Origin: Amoebophrya sp. A120
Lineage: Eukaryota > Protista > Dinoflagellata
DNA length: 64,000 nucleotides
Assembly: GCA_905178155.1 (NCBI GenBank)
Contig: CAJINV010000012.1
Span: forward strand, 677,271 to 741,270
Direction: 5' to 3'
Of this stretch, positions 25,701 through 37,000 are shown piece after piece; the first letter of the stretch is position 1, and the number at the start of each line of letters is the position of its first letter. The position numbers and the translations under genes were made by a program. The notes under the pieces are model-generated. The model ran no database searches. It was given only the letters and a program-made list of their open reading frames with translations, and was not told the origin of the DNA.

Positions 25701-28520
25701 CGGACACCAAAGTGCCATCACCATCATCTCCCGGCCACGATAAAGAGTTGTCATGCAGATTTGCAATGACAAGAACATTTGTGATGCGCATCCCGATGAT
25801 GGGCATTTCCAGTCGTGTTTTGGAATTTGTAATGCTGTCAACAGGATACGTATCTCGATTTGTAATGCGGCTGCCCTTGCTAACCTGCACTACACTACGG
25901 GCTGCAACTTGTCATGCGTGGCGTCCAAAACGCCTGGATCTGTGTTGCGGAGATCCCAACTTAACTATGGGGTGGGAAAATTTTTACACAGGATACGATG
26001 TTCGAGTTACTCTTCTCGCTGCTGGTGTTGTCGGCACCTCCGTCCGACCCGTCCGGATCCCGCAAGGCGGCGAAAATCACGTACGGAAGGATGACGTCGG
26101 TGACCCAAGCCAGCACCAAGACGAACAGATCGAACCAGAGCCACTTGGTAAAATTTCTCGTGGTGTAATTCGCTTCGATATCAAATGCAAATATGTCTGG
26201 GTCTGGAAGGTTGGAAGTTTTGTCTTCATGCAGGCTTTCCATGACGCGTGAAGTCTGTTTTACATGACCCAGCATGACAGATTTTGTCCGACCCCTATCA
26301 TGCCTCGTCTGCATGAGAAACTCCCTATCAACAGCTGTGGTCAAAAGTGAGCAGCTTTTGGCAATCATGCAACACATATTTTTGCACTATTCAGAATTAG
26401 CATGACAAGTTGCATTCTTCCAGACCCAGACATATTTGCAACGCATATTCGACGAACCGCATGAGAAATTCGAGGGTGAAGAGGATGACCAGAAACACGT
26501 TGGCAAACTGAAACCAGAAAGTGTCTCGATCCTCGATTTCCAGTTCGTACTCCAAACCGAGCAGAAACCCGTTCACCAAAAGCAACAATCCGATCAGCAT
26601 GTCGAACCTTATATGAAAATTTTGATTTTCATCCCATTGATTTGATGAACCCACGACTCCGTGGTCTTTTATAATATTCACAGATTAAAAATAATCTTCT
26701 TCACAGAAAATGCACCGCACAATCCTAAGTTCGCCTCCGCCTGTGCTCAGTGCCAAAAAAGTCGGCTACGCATGACAAAAAGTAAACAGCTCTATGAATG
26801 TACGTTGGCAGCTCCACAATGGCTAACACCTTCTGCTCCCAGACACTTCTCTGCACCACCTCGCCCTCAATTGGATCGTCGTCGAAGGGAACATATGCAT
26901 TGCAAAAGTATCGTACTCGTAAACCATTTCAGACATGAACACGACAAATATTTTTCCAAACCTGCGGCGGAATTACAAATTCCATTCTTGAGCTTCACAA
27001 GCTTTGTGATGCTATTCATTACACACTAGCAGGATACTTTTGCACATTGCATAGACTGCCGTCAAGAAGGTCGAGACCGTCGAGCCGAACTGAGCCTGGG
27101 CGGAAATTGACCAGAGACCCGCGCCCGTTGTTGTTGTTGGCCGCTTTCGTATTGGAGGCTGTTACGACGAAGGGCGCCTTGCGTAAGCTCTGCACGCGTC
27201 TCGTGGACAGTCTCTTATTTTCGCCGTTGTTGTGCTGCTCTTTTTCGCCTCCAACGACCAGGCTGTCACGAATGTGCACACCCTTCCCGCTATGGCACTG
27301 CACAACTCACCGTATTTTTCCCCTGATTTGTGATGCAAAATCCCAAATCAGGTTGCTGCCTTCTTGCCCTGTTTGCATGACAAATGCCACTAAAATCTTC
27401 TCAAGCAGTACTCGAGTCGGTGCATGATGAACTTGTCGTGCACATGCTCCGCGCGTGCTGGTATTTGTATTGCTGCAGCTCCTGCCATAGTACAAATGAG
27501 AGGGAGAATCGTGAGCTGTGCAATCTCATACCCGCGACAAGATTTTCGCAACGAAGCTCTTGGTGCACCTGTTGGAGGAAAGGATCCCGGATTATTGTAG
27601 TTGTGGCTATTGCTATTCCTATTTGGCCGCGGCGCGGAAGAGTTGTTATGTTCTCTCTTTTTTGCTTTCTGCTTCTGGCTATCAAATGTAAAAATGTCTG
27701 GGTCTGGAAGATTCTGAGACTTTTCATGCAAGTTTTGCGTGAGCCATGATGTCTGTGATGCATGCCCTAGCATCAGAGATTTTTTGAGGGCTTCTGGATG
27801 CCTATTCCGCATGACAAATGCCCTCTTCCCGTAGCAAAAAGACACTCCCTTTGCTGCTATATGCAATACAGATTTCTTTGGAATCCAAATGCAGCATCAC
27901 AAGTTGCATCCTTCCAGACCCAGACATTTTTGCATTTGATACTGGCTCGTTTCGGTTGGGCTGCTGGCATGATTCATCCCACCACCACCCGCCGGCCCCG
28001 GTATGGGAGTGTCAGGATCGAAATCGACAAAATCGAAATGATCTGTAATGCATAAAATGCTACGCAGAAAGCGACTCTTTTGCAGAGGATGCAAGGAAGG
28101 CGGATTGTAGTCCTGGTAAGGGTTAAGCGTTGGGCTGCTGACTAGCATGACAGAAGGCAGCTCTTTTGCCCTAAACCGCATGACAGATTTGCCTCCAGGA
28201 TGGAGCGAATTTGCCATGCGCCGACTACAAACTGTGGGTCTAACTGGCATCGATTTTCTGCATCACAAGTTTTTCGATTTTGTCAATTTCGATTCTGACA
28301 CTTCCATACCCGGGCGCGAGGGTGTAGTCGTGGTATAATTGTTCTCCTCTGCAATCCAGGCTCGGGGGTCCAGGGTTTTTAGCAGCACTGACGGGAGTTT
28401 CGTAGAGGAGGCCAACTTTTTCAAACTGTTCATCTTTGACAGTGGCGACTTTTTCGCCAACGAAGGACTCGAAGGCCCTGCCTGCAGGGCCGCGGCCGTG
28501 CCCTGGCGGGTGAGCGGCAT
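22780..28520 (-). CDS. Single-domain voltage-gated cation channel (Ion_trans, 6TM, CatSper/NaChBac-like)
   Basis: Spliced S1-S6: FDMLIGLLLLVNGFLLGLE, LFTLEFLMRF, WLWFDLFV, KALNCVRVVRMF (S4), pore TLLQIMTLDGW, S6 LLLLNMVTAVV; 15 introners; 3' end uncertain. Confidence 0.8.
22923..23187. mobile_element. Introner family B
   Basis: TIRs; TSD gccac. Confidence 0.9.
23302..23445. mobile_element. Introner family A (CAT end variant)
   Basis: TIRs; TSD cagct. Confidence 0.9.
23603..23747. mobile_element. Introner family A
   Basis: TIRs; TSD cgcca. Confidence 0.9.
23839..24038. mobile_element. Introner family H-like
   Basis: TIR TATC..GAAAAAAGTGTTACAGTTACAC; TSD tgttc. Confidence 0.9.
24078..24229. 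mobile_element. Introner family A
   Basis: TIRs; TSD agacc. Confidence 0.9.
24386..24538. mobile_element. Introner family A
   Basis: TIRs; TSD cgtgt. Confidence 0.9.
24618..24782. mobile_element. Introner family A
   Basis: TIRs; TSD atgtg; short internal duplication. Confidence 0.9.
24828..25145. mobile_element. Introner family F
   Basis: TIR TAT..GAAAAA.CCCCCTCCCCATA; flanks cacca/caccg. Confidence 0.85.
25190..25469. mobile_element. Introner family D
   Basis: TIR TATCCTGAGTAAAAACGTACCCAC; TSD cacgg. Confidence 0.9.
25582..25995. mobile_element. Introner family D2 (long form)
   Basis: D-type TIRs; TSD cgatg; body related to the reverse complement of 35795-36079. Confidence 0.9.
26179..26447. 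mobile_element. Introner family B
   Basis: TIRs; TSD ttcga. Confidence 0.9.
26894..27053. mobile_element. Degenerate introner family A
   Basis: Left TIR clear, right TIR degenerate; TSD decayed. Confidence 0.7.
27291..27530. mobile_element. Introner family G-like
   Basis: TIR TATG...TGCACA(A/G)CTCAC; TSD cccgc. Confidence 0.85.
27680..27941. mobile_element. Introner family B
   Basis: TIRs; TSD ctggc. Confidence 0.9.
28002..28308. mobile_element. Introner family C
   Basis: TIRs; TSD cccgg. Confidence 0.9.
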
Positions 28521-29243
28521 CTTGTGCTGCTGCCTGGTGACTTCCTTTTAATGACGTTACACTGGGCCGCGCCAGATAGTCGTAGATGTAGAAGCTGCTC
28601 TTGTAGTTGTATGAACAACAGTCATCAAGTGAAAATACACGAGTGATCGTACCCTAGTCGAGGCACCATATGCACTAAAGGCAACGGCGTCTGAAAGTAG
28701 CGGGGCTGGGATTAACACCACGACACGACGAGTTTTTTACAATTTGTGTTCTTTGCGCGAGATGAATGAGATTATACAGAGGACAACTGCTCTTCACTCT
28801 AATAGATCCCGTCATTCTAATGTCGTTTTTGCGTATAGAAGTGTAGCCGGTCTTTTTGTTCAACAGAGCCGTTTTTCTTTTGATTCCCATGTTCTCGTCC
28901 GTCCTTTTGAACGTCCCTCGCGGATGAAAGCGGTTCTTTCACGGTAAGAGCTGCACTGGAGCTAGAAACAACTTTCGAAGACTACCACGACCAGTGTATT
29001 GATGAAACCGAAGGATGATTCGTGTAACAGAATCAAACGAAGACTACGAAGAAGCAACTGATAGTACCTTCTACGGGACGACAAAAGTACCGAAACCAGA
29101 GGCGTCAATGACCGAAAAACGAAAACACCCAACAGAAGTTCACCGAGATAGAAGTTGAAGTTGTGTGGCAAATATAAAACATTCTAAACCTGCTCCAGCG
29201 GAAACCAAACTGCAAATAGAGAGCCAGCGTCACAGCTGCTGAA

Positions 29244-30247
29244 GTTGCGCTCCTCTGCGGATTTTTGACTGTTTCGGATCATAATTTCTACAAGATTGGG
29301 GTCGGCCGATTGGCCGACCCTATCTTGATGGACAGTTTGTAGGCATAAGAAGCAGCGTAGGTTAGTAGTATCGAAGCCGAGGGTCCAAAGTAGTTGTCTA
29401 CAGTGCAAGAGAAGTGTGCTAGTGTTGAAAAAGCAGGATGTTCGTAAAGCAGCAAGACAGATAGTGGCGAGCGTGTTCCGATCTAAAAGGCAGCGCAAGA
29501 GAACGATGAGAATTTGACGCTGATTCACATGCGGAAAAATGATTGATGAAGTTCATCACCAGGCGCAAAAATAACTATTGGCGTGCACACAGATGTAGAA
29601 ATAGATGCTGAGTTTTGATTTTTGTTTTTTGTAGTTGTTTTAAGGTCCGCACCAGAAGACGTCTTGCTGTATTTTTGTAGTCTCCTGCTACGCTTATAGG
29701 ACACTTCGACGTCAGCAACGAATTCAAAAAAAAAAGTTCTAGTAGCGAATCTTTAGAAACGAATCTTCAGTGTTGGAGGTCAGAAGCGAACTTTCAGAAA
29801 AACAAAAAAAAACATGCCTTCGCAGTCCTCTGAGAAATTGCGACTGCCGTCGCCTATGCGGCCGGTCCGCCTGCCCCTGCCGCCGGCAGCCGGCGCGGGC
29901 GAAGACAAAGACTACCAGGACTGGTTCTGGGAAGACTACCCTATGCGCTGCAAATGTAATTTTCGGGTCTGGAAGGTTGGAAGCTGTTTTTGTCATGTCG
30001 TTTGTGAATAGCAACAGTTTCTACATAAATCTGTCATGCGGAGTAGATGTCTGCCATGCAGAGTAGGCATCAGTTAGTAGTAGTAGCATGCGTTTTTCGC
30101 AGTTAGCTCAGCAGCGGCGCCGCCTGCTTCCGTTACAAACAGCGCGAACAACAAAAGCGGCCCCGCCCGCATCTCGCCGGCTGTTGAGCGCCCATTGAGC
30201 CGCCGCTGTTGCGCTCCTCTGCGGATTTTTGACTGTTTCGGATCATA
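29244..30247. repeat. 40-bp perfect direct repeat pair
   Basis: gttgcgctcctctgcggatttttgactgtttcggatcata at 29244-29283 and 30208-30247. Confidence 0.85.
29942..30070. mobile_element. Truncated introner family B (one end only)
   Basis: TATGCGCTGCAAATG...GGGTCTGGAAGG; no partner TIR found. Confidence 0.6.
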
Positions 30248-31096
30248 TTTTCTGTACAGGGACATACAATCAACAAATCTGCTTCGTCGTGTCTTCAACG
30301 TGGGTCGTCGTCTTCTTGGTTTACAATACTACAATAGATATCTGCCATCATCGGGCTACTGATTTCATCTTCAAAACGATCTCTCATCGCAAGAAGGAAG
30401 CCAGGCTCTACTGGTTCGGGTCGTTTACGTTTTGCCTGAGAGACCACGTGTAGGCAACCGTCACCACGAGGTCCAACTTCTTCTTGTTCTTTCCGACGCA
30501 GGATCAGAAAGAAGATTTGGTTTTAGTTTCAACATTCTGCGGCCCGGTGGAAGATTATAACAGCAGGATCATCCTGTTAATAAACTACAAGTTCGTATTA
30601 AATATTGGTATTCAAGGTGTGTGGAGAGATAAATGAATTCTTCTGGTTTTCTATATTCTTTGTCTCGATACAATGAAAAAACTTGCAAATCAATCTCATC
30701 TACGATCTGACAGCGGGCGTGGTGGCCTGTCGTACAGTTGTGAATCTACCGCAACAATAATCCAAATTCTCAGTCTTTGTTTTTTTTCCTATCAGTGACA
30801 GAGTGGTTGTTACATCGAAAATTGAATGTGAAATTGTAATTGATGAAAGCATTTTACGGTAGAATTAATTTGTCTGGTAAATGGAAATAAACTGCTAGTA
30901 CTGTAGTATCGAATCTGTTTTAGAGGTACTCGTCTAAAAAAATGAAAGAGAGCACGCTCGTGCTCGTTTGCAAATTCAAATTCTTTACTTGGTGTGCTAA
31001 CTCTTTTTCTTTTAATCTCGATTTTTTTTTTCTCTCGACGATGTGACCGAGGAAGTGCTTCCTATCTTCTCGGTATAATAAAACTAGCAGCTTGTT

Positions 31097-34000
31097 CTAC
31101 GTGGGTTTTCGGAAATTCCCCTGTTTGTTTTTCTTCTCCATGATGTTTGTCTCGCCTTGTTTTTCTTCAAAGGAGCTTGCCGCCGCCTTTTTTTTCTTTC
31201 CCTTGTTTTTCGCGTTGTTCTTTCCCTTCCCTTTTGCCTTGCCCTTGCCCTGCCTCTTTGCCTTCCCCTTGCTCTTTGCCTTCCCCTTGCCTTTCTTTTT
31301 CGTCCGCGCGCTCGCGCTCTCTGGCGCCGGTGTTGGTGTATCGTCGTCGTCGTCGTCAGCAGCGTCTCCTGTAGACCTGGTGCTGGTGCTGCTCGACTCC
31401 TTCGCGGGTGCAGCTGGTGTCGGGCCGCTACCGTCAGTGTCTACTTGTCGCGAAGAGGATGACGTACTGTCGCCTAGAGCATCATCATCACCATCATCAT
31501 CGCGATCTTTATTATCATCACCTGCTGTAGTAGTTGCTTGTAAAGAATCTGCTCCACCATCGGATGAGGTCGTGGCTCCTGTGGCGCTTGTTTATGGCGT
31601 AGTTCTCAAACGTCGTTACAGACTCGACTGCTACATGAATTTTTCGTGATGCAAAAGTACGATAAGCAGCCACGCGATCAAGTAGCTACTTCGCATGACA
31701 AATTACTCAAGGGGAGGCTAAGCAGCGCCTAATTTTTCTGTACCAAATTTGTGCTGCGAGAGCTGCAAGCTTACCCGCTTCACTGTTGCTGCTCTTGCAT
31801 TGCAAGTCCATCTAACATCTGAGAATGTAAACGCTTGAGATGAATCCCATACGCCTGCTTGACTACGAAAGGCCGTGTCCGCCGCTGTCCTCAAGGAACC
31901 GGCTAGCCGACCAGCGGCAACTATGCACTGCAAAAGTTGTATTATACTTCATCCTGGTAAAGATCGCAGGTATAATAGATTACAGGTCTCAATCTTGAGG
32001 TAAAAAACCCGCACTACAACAAATTGCGTTTGTTCTCATGCTGACCAAATTTCTGAAGATGCGACTACTACTAGTATCGAATACATTTGTATCCAGGAAA
32101 AAAAGTGTGTAAGTGTAACTTTCTTTGAGAAACAGCATCACAAATTTGCTCTACATGACAGAGAAAACCTGTCATGCGTGGCTTGTAAGGGGAAACACAG
32201 TTGAAAAGAGGACTTCGTGGCTGTCTGGCATGACAGGTGTAACTCTCTTGCATGTTCTGCAACACAAATTTACACTTACACAGTTTTTTTCTTGCATAAT
32301 TTGCAATTCATAGCCTTTTCCACGCTGTTCTCCACGTTCTCGTATTGAGAAGAAAAATCCCCTCTCCCCATATCGAAAAGGCCTGTTTCCGCAAATTTGT
32401 CTTGCTGATTTGAGACCACAAATCACGTCTGTCTTGCAAGAAGACAACTCCACAGGCTCTGCCGCATTATGCCGGCGGTTTGTGATGCTGTTGGACCTAC
32501 ATGATAGTCGTTTCTCATGCTAAGCGCCTAGGCCAAAAGCTCTCTACTCAGGCTTGGCAGGAGCCTGCAGTCCTCTGCTGCAAGACAAACCTGATTTGTA
32601 TACGCAAATCCAGCATCAGAGACTTCCTTTTGATATGGGGAGGGGGGATTTTTCCTTGTGATATCTCGAGCGCTTTGGTCACGCCCTTGGGCACGGCCTT
32701 TTTCACATTGTCTTTGATGCGTATCAGGGTGCACAACTGCCCCTCCCCGCCCTCATTTGTATTGCATAAACAGCAACACAAGCGTCACCCATTTTGGCGT
32801 TGGGCCACCCAAATGGTCACCCAACGCCAAATGTAATCATGACCCGGATTCATCATTTTGCATAAACAAGTGAGGGGAAGGCGGGGGAGTCGTGCATTTT
32901 CTTAATTTTATCCTTGTTTGCATAGGTCCAGCCACCAGCACCGGCGGCTCCGAGCAGCGCAGCGTCAAAGCCAAAAAGTGTTAATCTAAACGGAACATTT
33001 TGGCATGCAGAAACGCAACAGCAACAGCACAAAAGGTTTTTCATGCATGACAGACTGCATTCTGTCGTGGCAGCCGTTAGGATTCACACTTTTTTTTTGT
33101 TTGATATACAGCAGCGACCGGCCCTGGGTGCTCTGTAATAATGTCGCCCACGTCGACATGAGGTCCACCACCCCCGCCCTGAAACGGGTTGCTATGGCGT
33201 TCTCAACTGTTACATTCTCAACTGTTACATGAATTTGTCATGCAGAATTACAATCAAAATTGACACGATCAAGCTGCTTTGCATGACAAATTCGCGAAGA
33301 GCCAAACAGGCTCAGAATCTGCGCCGAATCTGTCATGCAATTATACGCGCAAGGTCACCCCCTTTAGTTTTGCCGTTCTTGCATCACAAATTCATGTAAC
33401 AGTTGAGAATGTAACGTTTGAGAACGCGGCCATAGTTGCCCAAGTGTGGGTGCAAAGCGGCGTTCTGGATGTCGTGCACGGAGGCCGCTACAACGTTTCC
33501 CGATTTCGTAAACCAATCGCCATATCCCATGCAAATTATGTGTCTGGGTCTGGATAAGTGCAATAATGTTTATTGCCATGCACATTTTTCATGACCTTCC
33601 ATGATGTCCTCATCTGTGGTGTATGCCTTTCAAAATGGCATCATTTCTTGCGAGGGCTACTTATACTTCCAGACCTAGACATTCTGCTCGCGATGCATAC
33701 GCCGATCGAGCTCTTCATTTCATCCATGTAGGTGGCCTGCGGGTCGTCGGGCGTGTGGAAAGCGTTATCCACAGGAAATTCCCCGCACATGTACAAATGC
33801 AGTCTCTGCATGACAAAACTTGGCTTCGATCCTAGTTTAGCGTGACAAGTTTCACACTCCAAATTGGGGAAATTTATTGTGATGCATCTTGTACATGTAC
33901 GGGAAATTTGTATTGCATAAGCGTCACATTTACTCAACAGGTCGCTTATGTCCGTCGCCTGCTCGGCTGTTGTGGTATAGTTAATCGATAGATGCATTGT

Positions 34001-37000
34001 TTTTGTGCTGCTCCTTGTTTCTTGGCAAGATGAGCGCAAAGGGTCGCACCACAACTATGATAGATCACACAGCAGCAGGTGGCACGACATCGAGACTTCT
34101 TTGAGATCATGAAACAAGACTTCAACTTCTGAAGTCCACTTATTATATCAAGCAACACGATGCTGGAAATGGAAATCATGCGCAATAAAACAACTACTAC
34201 AAACATCATCAATAGTATTCCGCGAAGTTTTACAGTTCTACAACTGGTGCTGTTCCGTACCTTTCGACTTCTGCATCCAGTCCGAGATCGAGAAGACCAA
34301 ATCCTTATCCTGTGCAAAAGTATCGTACTCGTACTAAAACTAAATTGCTTTTACGCATTACAAATCTTTTTCTTCAGGGAAATCCGCATCACAAATTCCA
34401 TTCCATTTGTAAATCATGTAATGCTGAGCTAAAAATTCGTATTGTAATTTATGCAAGTACGATGCTTTTGCATTTCATAATCCTGATCTGTCCCTGCGGC
34501 AGGGACGGCAATATCCTGCGCAAAAACTACGTCACCCCCACCCCCTGGATTTCACGAAAAGTTGCGCGTTGAGGATGTGGTCTCTCATGCGGCGCAGAGG
34601 ACCGATGCAACATGAGGAGAGTCTAGTCTTTCATTTTTAGCTTGTTGTTCCAGATTTCTTGTAGTCATGCGCCGTTCATCCAAATTCCAGATTTCTTGTA
34701 GTCATGCAAATCAAAATGCTGTGCGATGAACTTCATCGCGCAGCATTTTGATTTGTGAAAGAAAATTATTCTTTTTATCTTGACTTTGGGGTCGTGTTTT
34801 TACGCAGGATAGGTAAATGTTTTGTGGGCCGCATCGTGGTGGGACATCAGGTATCCTGTGCAAGAAAGGTGTATCGCACTGCTCGGAGTAATGAAAAATT
34901 GCTATATTGTATGAAAAACCTGGCTCGTTAGCTGGTTCAGCATGACAAGAACAACTTTCAACTTTCACTTGTTACGCACATGCAGCACGCTGAGGAAGTT
35001 TGCATATGCAATAATTCCAACTACTTCTAGCACGATACACCTTTTGCAATGCGTACCAGGTGGCTGATCAGTTCCGGGGCGCCTATGTTGTCCTGCTTGC
35101 TCCCTTCCAGGGCAACACGGAACAAAAACCCCACGTTTGAGAGTTGGCTCCCGGGCACATTGCCTTTGTATCCGTCCGCTATCGTGCTCATGGACCGGAT
35201 GAACTCTGCCTTCTGCGCGGGGTTACTCAGCTCTTCGTGCACGATCTGCCACAGACCCCCTTTCCCGTTGTCTTCGTCCACACCGTTCACGGCCGCCCCA
35301 GCGAGGGCTTCGAAGTCCACACTCTGGAGGCTGCTCTGCACCGCTTGCACTGCGCCCGCCGCGTCTGTGTTCGTCTCCGCCGCGAGTCTGGTGGCTTCCA
35401 GTATGACCTGCTCAAGCGTTACAATCTTCTCAAGCGCTACAATAGAGTCTGGGATTTGTCTTGCATAATGAGCATGGCAGACTCGCAGACCATTCCACTT
35501 TCTGCAAGACAAATTTCGGCAGATTGTAGTGCGGTTTGGGACTGCTCCGGAACTTGTCATGTGCAGTCCTATGAAACTTGGCTAGATCATGCACTTCTTG
35601 CATCACAGATTTCCAAATTCTATTGGAACGTTTAAGATTGGGACGCTTGAGCAGGTCATATCCAGGGCGATGGGAATTTGGACCGCGGCCTCCGACTTCA
35701 GCAAATTATCGCCACCCGTGGCGAAGGCGCTGTTTACCGTCTTCAGGCCGGCTAGATACTGACTCGCTTTGCTCCAGTCGTCTTTGTCCGCCCGTATCCT
35801 GAGCAAAAGCGTCCCCACCCCATAGTCCAGTTGGTCTATATGCAGCACAAATCTCCACGGTTTGGGAGTTGTGCATGACAAGTTCCCATCTGCAGTGTCG
35901 TACTGGTTAGCAAGGGCAGCCACATGAGAAAGCCAGCTTGTAATCCTGCTTACACATTTACAAACTTCAAAACACGATTGGTAACGACCACGCCTGGCAG
36001 GGACATGCGCATTACAAATCTTCCTGCCATCGCAAATCTGCATGACAACTCTGGGGTGGGGACGTTTTTACACAGGATAGCCCGCAAACCCGACTTCATA
36101 TTTTCAAACAGCTCCTTGACTTCCGTTTTTGCGCCTTCCGTCCCCTTGTCGTCGTCAACGGCGGCCTGCATCGTAAGAAAACCCTGTTTCACTGTGAACT
36201 TGTGATGCAGAGAACGGAACACAAATGCGGTTGTCTTGCTACACATGCAAGACATTGGACTTTTTTTAGCTGTGTTTTCTCTTAGAGAGCACGCATGCCA
36301 AGTTTTTTTTGTCATGTGTAACAAACTTGTGACGCGATTCTTGCAAAATCATTACACTGAAGCAGTTTTTTCGTGGGATAGCCTGCGCCGCCACTGCAAT
36401 CGCGAGCGAGAGCTTTTCATGGGTTAGCTCCTTTGCTTTGGCGTCCCAGTGCACGTTCTTGCCGTTTTCGTCCTGGGACCGGAAGAGTTCGTGTATGTCC
36501 TGGTCTTTGTCGAGCTCGTCCGCGGCTACGATCATGGCGGCTTTGAACTCACTTTTTGCGCTGTCGTCTTCTTTTATTTCGTCGGGAATGCTATCGCTGT
36601 CACGAAATAGATCGGCCCAAATATCGTCGGCCCACGACTCTTTGTCAGCGTCGTCCCAAGTTGCGCTATCCGATGCGCCAGGGTATCCACAGAAAAAGTT
36701 CAACTAGACCCCTCCGCGTATGTTGTAATTTGTCAACATGCAAAGCATGCACATTAGTATAACAGGCTCAGATGTCGAATTCAACGGATTTTGAAAAAAT
36801 TTTTTTCGCTTGCTAAAGCGCCTAAATAGTTAAACTTTAAATAGCTACTTATGCATTCTGCGCATCCGCAAAGGCCCTACCGAAACCTGAGCTAACTAGT
36901 TTAAAACTACATCATCTCAAAAAATAACTAGTTCTTGTTGAAGGCGCTTTCGCTAGCTAAAAAAATGTTTTTCAAAATTGATTGAATTCGACATCTGAGC

